DNA from: Eubacteriales bacterium | GTDB taxonomy: Bacteria; Bacillota; Clostridia; Oscillospirales; CAG-382 | Assembly (NCBI GenBank): GCA_045657425.1 | Contig: JAZOTA010000081.1 | Span: 3,504-67,503 of the forward strand | Length of the DNA: 64,000 bases | Reading direction: 5' to 3' | In this document: piece after piece, positions 43,041 through 51,591 of the stretch | Numbering within the stretch: position 1 is the stretch's first letter | Layout: the number at the start of each line of letters is the position of its first letter | The notes under the pieces: generated by a model | What the model saw: only the letters and a program-made list of their open reading frames with translations | What the model was told of the DNA's origin: nothing | Database searches by the model: none | Position numbers and translations under genes: made by a program

Positions 43041-44126
43041 TCAATCTGCTTGCTTCTTTTTCGTTTCCAAAACACGCATTAAAATAATCGCGCCCAACGG
43101 GAAAATAAAAAGCCCCAAAAGTCCCAACAATTTAAGCCCGATATACATCGATGCAAGTGCGGCAATCGGCGGAAGTCCGATAAATTTACCGACGATTTTC
43201 GGCTCGACGACCTGACGGATTATGGTTATCAAAACATAGGTCACCAAAATCCCTGCACCCAAGCCGTAATTGCCCATAATCAAAAGAATTATTCCCCACG
43301 GAATAAGCACGGTACCCGTACCGAGCACGGGCAGAAAATCGACAAGCGCGATAACAAGCGCAAGGACAAAGGAATAATCGACGCCCAAAACGACAAACGC
43401 AAGCAAAAGCTCGCCAAACGTGATGAAGAAAAGCAGACCGTAAGCACGAATATATTTCCCCACCGTGTTCGCCAAAACGTCACGCGTGTTTTTTAGGGCA
43501 GGTCGAAACCTTTCGGGGAAAAGCGAAAGGAAAAAGCTGTTTATTTTAACACGGCCGATTGCGAAATAATAGGTTGCGATTATAACGACCGCCGTTGTGA
43601 AAAGCGCGTTGGGCAAAAAAGCCACCGCCGAGCCCATAATCGAAACGAGTCCGCCCGTTATATTTTCGCCGAAGCCGACAAGCATTCCCCAAAGCTCCTC
43701 GTCGAGATTGCTTCGCATCGCCCAAAGCTTATCGCGAAGGTCAACAAAGGGTATCATATCGCAAATCTTGTCGATTGTTTCGTGGGCATAACCGTCATCG
43801 GTGCGGATAAGCGCAACCGTTTCTTTAATGTTGTCGGCGAGGTCGGTTATTTCCAAAACTATCTGTCTGCCGATTGCGTAAATCAAGCCCACCATCGATG
43901 CCGCCGCCAAAAACACGACGAAAAGAACGCAAAATTTTTTCGGGAACTTTTTGTGCGTTTCGGAATATTTAACTATCGGGCGGAAGCACTCGGCAAATAT
44001 ATAGGCGATGATAAACGGCAAAATCGCCGTCCACAAAAAATTGAAAACAATATATATCGCGGCGATTGCCACCGCAGCGTACATTGTTATGACAGCGAAG
44101 CGCTTGTAGGGCTCGTTCGGAAGCAA
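43041..44126 (-). CDS. ytvI: Sporulation integral membrane protein YtvI (AI-2E family)
   Basis: LPFIIAY, DFLPVLGTGTVLIPW, RQVVEPKIVG..IGL.P; TTG start 44126 after GGAGTG. Confidence 0.85.
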   Translation of the reverse strand: MLPNEPYKRFAVITMYAAVAIAAIYIVFNFLWTAILPFIIAYIFAECFRPIVKYSETHKKFPKKFCVLFVVFLAAASMVGLIYAIGRQIVLEITDLADNIKETVALIRTDDGYAHETIDKICDMIPFVDLRDKLWAMRSNLDEELWGMLVGFGENITGGLVSIMGSAVAFLPNALFTTAVVIIATYYFAIGRVKINSFFLSLFPERFRPALKNTRDVLANTVGKYIRAYGLLFFITFGELLLAFVVLGVDYSFVLALVIALVDFLPVLGTGTVLIPWGIILLIMGNYGLGAGILVTYVLITIIRQVVEPKIVGKFIGLPPIAALASMYIGLKLLGLLGLFIFPLGAIILMRVLETKKKQAD

Positions 44127-44228
44127 AAATACCACTCCAAAAATACAGTTTTCAATATTATATGGAAAATGATAGAAAATAAATCCCAAAAAAGCTAAAT
44201 TATTTCGCAAAACAATTAAATTTTTGTG

Positions 44229-44257
44229 TTGACATTGTCGATTTACTGTGATATAAT
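44229..44257 (+). promoter_or_regulatory. Sigma-A promoter of tRNA-Ser
   Basis: TTGACA-N17-TATAAT with TG extension. Confidence 0.85.
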
Positions 44258-44291
44258 AATCAAGCGCGATTGAGCGTGAAGTTAATAATAC

Positions 44292-44382
44292 GGAGAAGTC
44301 GCTTAGCTGGTCGAGGGCGCACGACTGGAAATCGTGTAACGGATAAAACCGTTCGAGAGTTCGAATCTCTCCTTCTCCGCCA
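44292..44382 (+). tRNA. tRNA-Ser(GGA)
   Basis: GGAGAAG/CTTCTCC acceptor stem, CACGA-CTGGAAA-TCGTG anticodon arm, long variable arm, GTTCGAATC T-loop, encoded CCA. Confidence 0.96.
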
Positions 44383-44419
44383 AACAAAAACCACCCAATC
44401 GGGTGGTTTTTTGTTTGGC
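44379..44419 (+). terminator. Terminator hairpin after tRNA-Ser
   Basis: GCCAAACAAAAACCACCC-AATC-GGGTGGTTTTTTGTTTGGC. Confidence 0.8.
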
Positions 44420-44425
44420 TTTTGA

Positions 44426-44560
44426 AGAGATTCGAAGGGCGTGAGCCTTACAGTCCGGGGGACTGTAAGGGTAGCCCAGCGGAGCAGACCGCAACGGAAG
44501 AGGCGCGGAGCGCCGTTTGGAGTTGCATGGGGCTGCGGAGGAATCTCTCCTTCTCCGCCA
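44426..44560 (+). repeat. tRNA-linked module A, copy 1: antisense T-arm, shared hairpin, duplicated tRNA 3' end
   Basis: AGAGATTCGAA (44426-44436) is the reverse complement of tRNA 44360-44370; hairpin CCTTACAGTCC-GGG-GGACTGTAAGG at 44446-44470; 44541-44560 is identical to tRNA 44363-44382. Confidence 0.85.
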
Positions 44561-44601
44561 AAAAATACTGCAGAATGTATTCTATTCTGCAGTATTTTTT
44601 T
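44560..44601. terminator. Second terminator-like hairpin after the duplicated CCA
   Basis: AAAAAATACTGCAGAAT/ATTCTGCAGTATTTTTT. Confidence 0.75.
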
Positions 44602-44784
44602 ATCCAAGTCGCAGACTTGGCATATCATCCACCGCAAGGTGGTATATCATCAATAACGGCAAGCCGTTATTGTATATCATCACGCTTCAGCGTGCATTTC
44701 TCTGCGACTTGATGATATACAACACTCCGCGTTGATGATATGCAATGCTCCGCATTGATGATATACAAGGCTTTCGCCTTGATT
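44601..44784. ncRNA. tRNA-linked module B, copy 1: structured TATATCATC / TGATGATAT repeat element
   Basis: Three forward and three reverse-complement 9-10 nt repeats, each followed by a hairpin; covaries with the copy at 52430-52613. Whether it acts as RNA or ssDNA is not established. Confidence 0.65.
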
Positions 44785-44806
44785 TATTTGCAAAATATGG
44801 TATAAT
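44779..44806 (+). promoter_or_regulatory. Outward promoter at the end of module B
   Basis: TTGATT-N16-TATAAT with TGn extension, followed by AAGGAGGAG RBS. Confidence 0.65.
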
Positions 44807-44828
44807 ACCCCCAAGGAGGAGTGATATT

Positions 44829-45176
44829 ATGCCTAAAAACTATTTACTTATATATTCGGAGCAGCTTGCTACCGAAATAGAATTGCTTTGTCAAAATATA
44901 AAAGCTCCTTCAAATACTTTATTCCAAATACGCAAAAGCTCAAGCAGTATTTATGCAAATATTCGTGAAGCGAATTATGGACAGAGTAAGTCCGATATGA
45001 TTTCAAAGTTTGAAATAGCTCTCAAGGAATGTAGCGAAACCGAAGGATGGCTTAAACTGCTGGTTAACACAAACGCCATTGACGAAACAACATTTAATAA
45101 GTACCGAAATCTTTGCGGAAGAATCAGACGGATGTTGATTTCAAGTTGCAAAACCTTGAAGGATAACCTAAAATAA
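44829..45176 (+). CDS. Four-helix-bundle protein (23S rRNA IVP / Avd-like family)
   Basis: QIRKSSSSIYANIREA...S..D...KFEIALKECSET..WL signature; 115 aa from ATG 44829; AT-rich. Confidence 0.88.
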   Translation: MPKNYLLIYSEQLATEIELLCQNIKAPSNTLFQIRKSSSSIYANIREANYGQSKSDMISKFEIALKECSETEGWLKLLVNTNAIDETTFNKYRNLCGRIRRMLISSCKTLKDNLK

Positions 45177-45203
45177 AATCATAAATCCAAAAGGAGGTAA
45201 AAA

Positions 45204-45680
45204 ATGACAATTGAACAGGCGATATATTTCAAGGTTTTACTTTCAAACGGATATACGGAAGAAGTGCTTCAATACGTAAATACTTCACTCGATACTCAAA
45301 GCACGTTAAGTGATGTTGTTTTGGAGCTTTCCTATGCAGGAAACGACAGAGAAAAGCTTATCTCGATATTGAGCGAATATCTTATCGAAGTAAAAAATGA
45401 CGAAATCGACTTCGACGGCAAGCTGATCGATATGTTTTTGGCGTTTTTTCGCAGAAAATACAGAGAAGAAAATATGCCGCTCGACGAGCTTGTAACAGTT
45501 ATGCACAGCTGTGCGATGTGCTATTCCAATCTTTATAATGTGTTTGGCAACTCGCTTTGGTATACAATGTATATATTAGATGAATGCTATGAGTTTGGCG
45601 AAAGGACGCATTTCTTACAAATGCTTAACGACTTTTTAGATTATAAAAAACCGATGCGCTTTTCTGATTTTTGTTCTTGA
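45204..45680 (+). CDS. AT-rich hypothetical protein
   Basis: AAGGAGG RBS; acidic, probably helical protein; no family recognised. Confidence 0.7.
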   Translation: MTIEQAIYFKVLLSNGYTEEVLQYVNTSLDTQSTLSDVVLELSYAGNDREKLISILSEYLIEVKNDEIDFDGKLIDMFLAFFRRKYREENMPLDELVTVMHSCAMCYSNLYNVFGNSLWYTMYILDECYEFGERTHFLQMLNDFLDYKKPMRFSDFCS

Positions 45681-45690
45681 GGTGACGACG

Positions 45691-46683
45691 ATGAACACAG
45701 ACCGACTCCAAACGCTTTTACAAAAAGGGCTTGACGAGGGCGCATATTCCTGCTATGCGGCGGCTGTGGGATGTAAAGACGAAATTTTCTTTAAAGCCGT
45801 CGGCGGAAAAAGTGCGATTCTTCCGCAGGAAAAGGAAATGTCCGAGGATACCCTTTTCGATATGGCTTCGCTTTCAAAGCTTATCGGCACGACTATGGCG
45901 GCTTTGAAAATGATCGATCTTGGCAAAATTTCGCTAACCAACAAAATGAGCGACTTTTTCGGTGATTGCCACGGCAAGGAAAACACCACGATTTTTCAGT
46001 TGATGACACACACCTCGGGAATAAAGGCGCATTTCCCTCTTTGGCTTCGCGGAATCGCGCCGAGCGATGCGGCAAAGGAGATTCTGCGCGAGCCGTTTGG
46101 GTACACGCCCGAAAGCAACGCCGTTTACACCTGCATGGGGTATATACTGCTTGGCAGGATTCTTGAAAAAATCGAAGGTCAACCGCTTGACAGTATAGTG
46201 CAAAAATACGTTTTCGACCCGTTGGGAATGAAAAACAGCTTTTACAATCCGCCTATCGACAAGCTTTGTGCCGCGACCGAGAAGAGCGCGGTTACGGGCG
46301 AGATAATTTGCGGCAGCGTACACGACGAGAATGCCTATTTTTTGAACGGAATTTCGGGCAACGCGGGGATTTTTTGCAGTCTTGACGATTGTATTACCTT
46401 TGCCAAAATGATTTCAAACGGCGCGAAAGGTTACCTTTCGGATGAGATTTTCAAAGCGGCTACAACAAATTACACACCGCAGTTTGAGGAAAACCGCGGA
46501 CTCGGATTTAATATTGTCGGCAACCGTTACGGACACACGGGCTTTACGGGTACGGCGATATACGTCGGCAGAGATAGCGGAATTTACGCTATATTGCTCA
46601 CAAACCGAGTTCACCCGACAAGAAACAACGGCAAGCTTTTCCCAATAAGGAACGAATGGCATAAAGAGATTTTCGGTGAATGA
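45691..46683 (+). CDS. Beta-lactamase-fold serine hydrolase (AmiE/YbbE-like)
   Basis: FDMASLSK (SxxK), LMTHTSG, Y.C.GY, VHDENA, GHTGFTG, LTNRVHP. Confidence 0.88.
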   Translation: MNTDRLQTLLQKGLDEGAYSCYAAAVGCKDEIFFKAVGGKSAILPQEKEMSEDTLFDMASLSKLIGTTMAALKMIDLGKISLTNKMSDFFGDCHGKENTTIFQLMTHTSGIKAHFPLWLRGIAPSDAAKEILREPFGYTPESNAVYTCMGYILLGRILEKIEGQPLDSIVQKYVFDPLGMKNSFYNPPIDKLCAATEKSAVTGEIICGSVHDENAYFLNGISGNAGIFCSLDDCITFAKMISNGAKGYLSDEIFKAATTNYTPQFEENRGLGFNIVGNRYGHTGFTGTAIYVGRDSGIYAILLTNRVHPTRNNGKLFPIRNEWHKEIFGE

Positions 46684-47833
46684 TATGAAAAAAGCCATAG
46701 TTTTAAACGGCATCGACCGTATTGACGAGTATTTTGAATTGCTCGACGGGCTTAAAATCGGTCTTATAACCAACCCGACGGGCAGAAACAAGGATTTTAA
46801 GGAAACGGCGGATATTCTTGCCGAAAAAGGACTTCTTTGCTGTCTTTTCTCGCCCGAGCACGGTGTTCGAGGCGGTGCGACGGCAGGCGCGCATATTTCC
46901 GACTGCATCGACGAAAAAACGGGTGTGCCGAGCTACAGTCTTTACGGCGCATCACTTCACATCCGCGACGAGGTTTTAAAGGGGCTTGATGCGGTTGCGT
47001 TTGACATTCAGGACGTCGGCGCAAGGTTTTACACCTATATTTATACCCTTTCCTATGCTATGGAGGATTGCGCCAAGGCAGGAAAGCGATTTATTGTTTT
47101 CGACCGAATCAATCCCGTCGGCGGTGTTTGTCCGCAGGGCAGTGTGCTTGACAGAAAATTTTCGTCGTTTGTGGGCAGATATTCGACCGCAACGCGCCAT
47201 AATCTTACCGTCGGCGAATTTGCGCGTTTTATTAACGAAACCGAAGGAATCGGCTGTGACCTTACGGTAATACCCGTAAAGGGCTGGACACGCGAGATGT
47301 TTTTTGATGAAACCGACCTTGTATTTATTCCGCCGTCGCCGAATATTCCGACGGTTGAATGCTGTTTTGCCTATCTTGCGACCTGCCTTTTCGAGGGCAC
47401 GAATATTTCGGAGGGACGCGGTACGGCAAAGCCGTTCGAGTTTATCGGCGCACCTTGGCTCGATCACGAAATAATTGCAGAAAAGATGAATGCACTTCAT
47501 CTTCAAGGCGTTAAATTCCGCCCCTGCTTTTTTACCCCGACCACTTCAAAGCACGCAAATACCGAATGCAAGGGTATTCAGCTTCATATAACCGACCGCA
47601 AAAGCTTTAACCCCTTTGAATCGGGCTTGCGCTTGCTTAATTTGATACGCAACACCCACAAGGAATTTGAATTTATTGCGCCCTATTCGCAAAATTCGCA
47701 TTATTTTATCGACCTGCTTTTGGGCAGCGACGAATTGCGAAACCAAAATTTTGATGTTGATAAATTCTTAACGGCGCAAAAAGAAAAGCTAAAAGAATAC
47801 CAAGAGATAATAGAAAGATATTATTTGTATTAA
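46676..47833 (+). CDS. DUF1343 / NamZ-like exo-beta-N-acetylmuramidase
   Basis: GLITNPTG, FSPEHG, FDIQDVGARFYTY, DRINP, PSPNIP, EGTNISEGRGT..PFE..GAPW. Confidence 0.9.
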   Translation: MNDMKKAIVLNGIDRIDEYFELLDGLKIGLITNPTGRNKDFKETADILAEKGLLCCLFSPEHGVRGGATAGAHISDCIDEKTGVPSYSLYGASLHIRDEVLKGLDAVAFDIQDVGARFYTYIYTLSYAMEDCAKAGKRFIVFDRINPVGGVCPQGSVLDRKFSSFVGRYSTATRHNLTVGEFARFINETEGIGCDLTVIPVKGWTREMFFDETDLVFIPPSPNIPTVECCFAYLATCLFEGTNISEGRGTAKPFEFIGAPWLDHEIIAEKMNALHLQGVKFRPCFFTPTTSKHANTECKGIQLHITDRKSFNPFESGLRLLNLIRNTHKEFEFIAPYSQNSHYFIDLLLGSDELRNQNFDVDKFLTAQKEKLKEYQEIIERYYLY

Positions 47834-47838
47834 AGAAA

Positions 47839-47863
47839 ATACGGGAGAAATTCTCCCGTATTC
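47839..47863. terminator. Hairpin after the NamZ-like gene
   Basis: AATACGGGAGA-AAT-TCTCCCGTATT. Confidence 0.6.
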
Positions 47864-47868
47864 AGCTT

Positions 47869-48079
47869 GCAGACTGAGAGAAATGAGGCTGTTTTTAATG
47901 AAAAGCGAGCGTAGACGTAGAAATCTACGGTAGTCGAGCTTTTCATTAAAACCCTTGAAAATACAATAAAAATTAAAATTCCTTATAAAAATCAAGAGTT
48001 CTTCCGATGTAAACGAAAGAACTCTTTTTTGTTGTTTTTTCTTTCAAGGGTGTAAACAGACCATTTGTCCGCGGTCTGC
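47869..48079. mobile_element. Putative MITE / highly structured non-coding element (~210 bp)
   Basis: Imperfect terminal inverted repeats GCAGACTG...CTGTTT and AAACAG...CGGTCTGC; three internal perfect stems of 10-14 bp. Confidence 0.5.
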
Positions 48080-48080
48080 T

Positions 48081-49886
48081 TTAATTAAACTGTGAATTAT
48101 AAAGCGTACTGTAAAATCCGCCCTTTTTGAGCAATTCCTCGTGATTGCCGATTTCGGTAATTCTGCCGTCCTGAAGCACGATTATCTTGTCGGCATTTTG
48201 AATCGTCGAAAGTCGGTGCGCAATGATAAAGCAGGTACGGCCCTTCATCAGTTCGCTCATCGCCTCTTGAATCTTTATCTCGGTGCGCGAGTCGACGTTT
48301 GAGGTCGCCTCGTCGAGAATGAGCATTTGCGAATCGGCAATCATCGCACGTGCGATGGTAATAAGCTGACGCTGTCCCTTCGAGATGTTAACGCCGTCAT
48401 CGGTAAGGACGGTGTCATAGCCGTCGGGCAGGCTTTCGATAAAGCTGTCTATCCTTGCGGCGCGTGCGGCGGCTTTTACCTCGTCAAGCGTTGCGCCCTC
48501 ACGTCCGTAGGCGATATTTTCGTAAATAGTACCGCAAAACAGCCAAGTGTCCTGAAGCACCATTGTGTATGCTTTTCTCAACGAATCACGTGTGATTTCT
48601 CGCTCGTCGATGCCGTCGACGGTGATTTTTCCGTCGTTTACGTCGTAAAAACGCATAAGAAGTGAGATTATCGTCGTTTTGCCTGCGCCTGTTGGGCCGA
48701 CTATCGCAACGGTTTTACCCTGAAGCGCATCGAACGATATGCCGTGAAGAATTTCTTTTTCGGGGGTATAGCCGAATTTAACGTCTGTAAATTCAACGTC
48801 ACCCTTTGCTCTTTCAAGCGTGATTGCATTTTCGGAATCCTTCGGCTCGGGCTGTTCGTCGAGAATTGCAAAAACACGGTCGGCGGCAGAAAATGCCGAT
48901 TGGAATTCCGAAATGATGTTTGCAAATTCGTTTATCGGGCCGGCAAACTTGCGCGAATACTGAACAAACTGCGCCACACCGCTTAATGAGATGAAAAACA
49001 GAGATCCAACCGCCGCAACTCCGCTTTGCGAATACATATAAAGTATTCCGCCGAACATCGTAACTAACGATATCGAAATATTGTTGATAAAGTTAACCGA
49101 CGGGCCCATTGCCGCGCCGTAATAGTCCGCCTCGTAATAGGCATCCATCGAATCGGTGTTGCGCTTGTTAAAGCGCGCGCCTATTTCGTTTTCACGCTCG
49201 TAAGCACGGATTGTACCGCAGCCCGAAAGCATTTCCTCGGCATAGCCGTTCAACTCGCCAAGCTTTTTCGAGCGTCTTCTGAAAAGCGGACGCACTCGCT
49301 TTGCACGATAGCGTGTAAAGAGAATCGATGCAGGCACGGTGATAAGAAATACGGCAATCAACGGCTTCGATATATTCCACATAAAGATAAGCGAGCCGAT
49401 GACGGTGTAAAGACTCGTCATAACCTGAACCAAATCGTGCGAGAGAGTTGAGTTTATCGTATCGATATCGTAGGAAATGTGGCTTATAATGTCACCTGTC
49501 GGGTGAGTGTCGAAATAGCCGACGGGCAGTGACGTAAGCTTTTCAAAAAGCTGTTTACGCATTGTGTAAACTATTTTTTGGCTCAGCTTTATCATAATGA
49601 CCGCCAAAAGATAGGATATCACCGCAGAGATGACGTAACAGCCGAGCATATAAAGCACGTTTTCGGCAACAGCTTCCTTATCGACACCGCCCTCGGCAAC
49701 GATTGCATCGATGGCAAGTCCCGAAAATTTAGGTCCCAAAAGCGAAAGCAGATTTGCGCAGAAGGTCATCAATACCGCAGGGATGAAGATGTACCAATAC
49801 TTTAAAACGTATCCGCAAAGACGTAAAAGGATGCCCTTTGTGTTTCTTTCCTGCTTGGTTTCGTTAGGTTTATTCAACGAAAGCAC
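48081..49886 (-). CDS. ABC exporter, fused TMD-NBD subunit B
   Basis: GPTGAGKT, ISKGQRQ, ILDEATS, IAHRLST. Confidence 0.93.
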   Translation of the reverse strand: MLSLNKPNETKQERNTKGILLRLCGYVLKYWYIFIPAVLMTFCANLLSLLGPKFSGLAIDAIVAEGGVDKEAVAENVLYMLGCYVISAVISYLLAVIMIKLSQKIVYTMRKQLFEKLTSLPVGYFDTHPTGDIISHISYDIDTINSTLSHDLVQVMTSLYTVIGSLIFMWNISKPLIAVFLITVPASILFTRYRAKRVRPLFRRRSKKLGELNGYAEEMLSGCGTIRAYERENEIGARFNKRNTDSMDAYYEADYYGAAMGPSVNFINNISISLVTMFGGILYMYSQSGVAAVGSLFFISLSGVAQFVQYSRKFAGPINEFANIISEFQSAFSAADRVFAILDEQPEPKDSENAITLERAKGDVEFTDVKFGYTPEKEILHGISFDALQGKTVAIVGPTGAGKTTIISLLMRFYDVNDGKITVDGIDEREITRDSLRKAYTMVLQDTWLFCGTIYENIAYGREGATLDEVKAAARAARIDSFIESLPDGYDTVLTDDGVNISKGQRQLITIARAMIADSQMLILDEATSNVDSRTEIKIQEAMSELMKGRTCFIIAHRLSTIQNADKIIVLQDGRITEIGNHEELLKKGGFYSTLYNSQFN

Positions 49887-51591
49887 CTCCCATCTGGGAT
49901 TCGCTTATTTCGCGGTATTCCTCGCAGCCCTCAAGCAAGTCGCTGTGGTTGCCCATACCGATAATTTCGCCCTCGTCGAGCACGATGATAATATCGCAGT
50001 CCTTAACCGAGCTTACACGCTGTGCGACGGTAATAACCGTTGTGTCGCCAAGGTTTTCGGCAAGTGCCGCCCTTAATGCGGCATCGGTTTTGTAATCGAG
50101 CGCCGACGACGAATCGTCGAGTATCAAAATTTCGGGCTTTGACGCAAGCGCGCGTGAAATAAGTATTCTTTGCTTCTGACCGCCCGAAATATTGCTTCCG
50201 TGCGGTGTGAGTAGGTGGTTATAACCGTCGGCAAAATCGGTGATAAAGCCATCTGCTTGCGCTGTTTTGGCGGCAAGAATTATCGATTCGTCATCGATTT
50301 CCCTGCCAAAGCGGATGTTTTCGGCAACAGTATCGGCATAAAGAAAGTCCTGCTGCATCGCCGAGCCAAACATTGCGTAAAAACGCGATTTTTCAATGGT
50401 TTTTATGTTTTCGCCGTTGATGAAGATAGCACCCTTATTGCAATCGTAAAATCTGAGCAGTAATTTTATCAAGGTCGTTTTGCCCGAGCCGGTCGCGCCG
50501 ATTATACCGAGCCGACCGCCCTTCGGAAGCGAGAAGGATATGTTGTTCAAATTGTCCTTTACGCCCTTGTAGGAGAAGGAAACGTTATCGAACACAATGT
50601 GATTTTCGTCAGCCTTATCGGGAAATTCGGTCTTTTCGCAGACCTTAATGTCCTCATCGGCATCGAAAACCTCGGTTATGCGTCGTGCAGATGCCGCGCA
50701 CTTTGTGTACATAACGAACATTCGCGTTACCGACATCATCGCCATGGAAATAAGCGTGAAATACTGCATAAACGCAACGATAGTTTCGGGGTCGGACAAG
50801 CCCGAATCGACTCTGCCGCTTGCAAGTGCGATAACGGCAACCGAGCCGACGTTCATCAACACAGTCATTATCGGATTAACGCCGCCCATAACGATTCCCG
50901 CGCGTGTTTCGTCCTTGATAAGCGTGGAATTGACCGCATCGTATCGGCGGTGCTCGTAATCGGTCTTTGAAAGCGCCTTGATAACGCGGATACCTTGGGC
51001 ATCCTCACGCACGACGCGAATCATGCCGTCGACAGATTTTTGCACCTTGGTGTGAAGCGGCACACCCTTTTTCGATATGAAATAAACGGTAATAAAAATA
51101 AAGGGAAGCACGGCAATCATTGCGAGCGCAAGATATGCGTCCATAAAAAGCGTTATACCGATGCCGCCGATGAGCATAATGGGCGCACGAACGCCCAAGC
51201 GTTGCATCATATTCACAAAGTGGTGAACGTTATAGGTATCGGTCGTAATGCGCGATTCAAGCGACGGAATCGTGAAATTATCGGTCTGCGCAGCCGAAAG
51301 GCGAAGCGTTTTGATAAACAGATCCTTTCGCATATTTTCGGCGAAATTACGCGAAACGCGCGCCGCCATTCGGTTTGCGATTATGTTGCACACGCAGGCG
51401 GTAACGGCACAAATAAGCATAACACCGCCCCACAAAAGGATGTCGTGCACCGATTTTGTGATGACGTTTTTAAGGATATGCGTAAGAATATACGGTATCA
51501 AAAGCTCGACGACCGTGCCCGTCATTTTAATCAAAAATCCGACAGTCATTCGCCGATAAAAACCGCTTAGATATTTAAAAACTATTTTCAT
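49870..51591 (-). CDS. ABC exporter, fused TMD-NBD subunit A (degenerate site)
   Basis: GATGSGKT, ISGGQKQR, ILDDSSSALD, VAQR: heterodimer-type degenerate motifs. Confidence 0.93.
   Translation of the reverse strand: MKIVFKYLSGFYRRMTVGFLIKMTGTVVELLIPYILTHILKNVITKSVHDILLWGGVMLICAVTACVCNIIANRMAARVSRNFAENMRKDLFIKTLRLSAAQTDNFTIPSLESRITTDTYNVHHFVNMMQRLGVRAPIMLIGGIGITLFMDAYLALAMIAVLPFIFITVYFISKKGVPLHTKVQKSVDGMIRVVREDAQGIRVIKALSKTDYEHRRYDAVNSTLIKDETRAGIVMGGVNPIMTVLMNVGSVAVIALASGRVDSGLSDPETIVAFMQYFTLISMAMMSVTRMFVMYTKCAASARRITEVFDADEDIKVCEKTEFPDKADENHIVFDNVSFSYKGVKDNLNNISFSLPKGGRLGIIGATGSGKTTLIKLLLRFYDCNKGAIFINGENIKTIEKSRFYAMFGSAMQQDFLYADTVAENIRFGREIDDESIILAAKTAQADGFITDFADGYNHLLTPHGSNISGGQKQRILISRALASKPEILILDDSSSALDYKTDAALRAALAENLGDTTVITVAQRVSSVKDCDIIIVLDEGEIIGMGNHSDLLEGCEEYREISESQMGGAFVE

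Noticed and set aside
44127-44387. 5' extension of ytvI and small ORFs over both tRNA loci (44260-44735, 52177-52742), plus the 44745 start of the four-helix-bundle ORF
   Set aside because: They overlap tRNA genes and structured repeats, lack an RBS, and better starts exist downstream.
44541-44560. Second tRNA gene or tRNA pseudogene (also 52367-52387)
   Set aside because: Only the 3' 20-21 nt are present; there is no D arm, anticodon arm or 5' acceptor strand.
44621-44784. CRISPR array reading of the TATATCATC repeats (also 52450-52613)
   Set aside because: Repeats are only 9-10 nt and flip orientation midway, the spacers are self-complementary hairpins of 11-22 nt, and no cas genes are present.
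44829-45680. Diversity-generating retroelement suggested by the Avd-like protein
   Set aside because: No reverse transcriptase is in the window and I saw no template/variable repeat pair differing at adenines.
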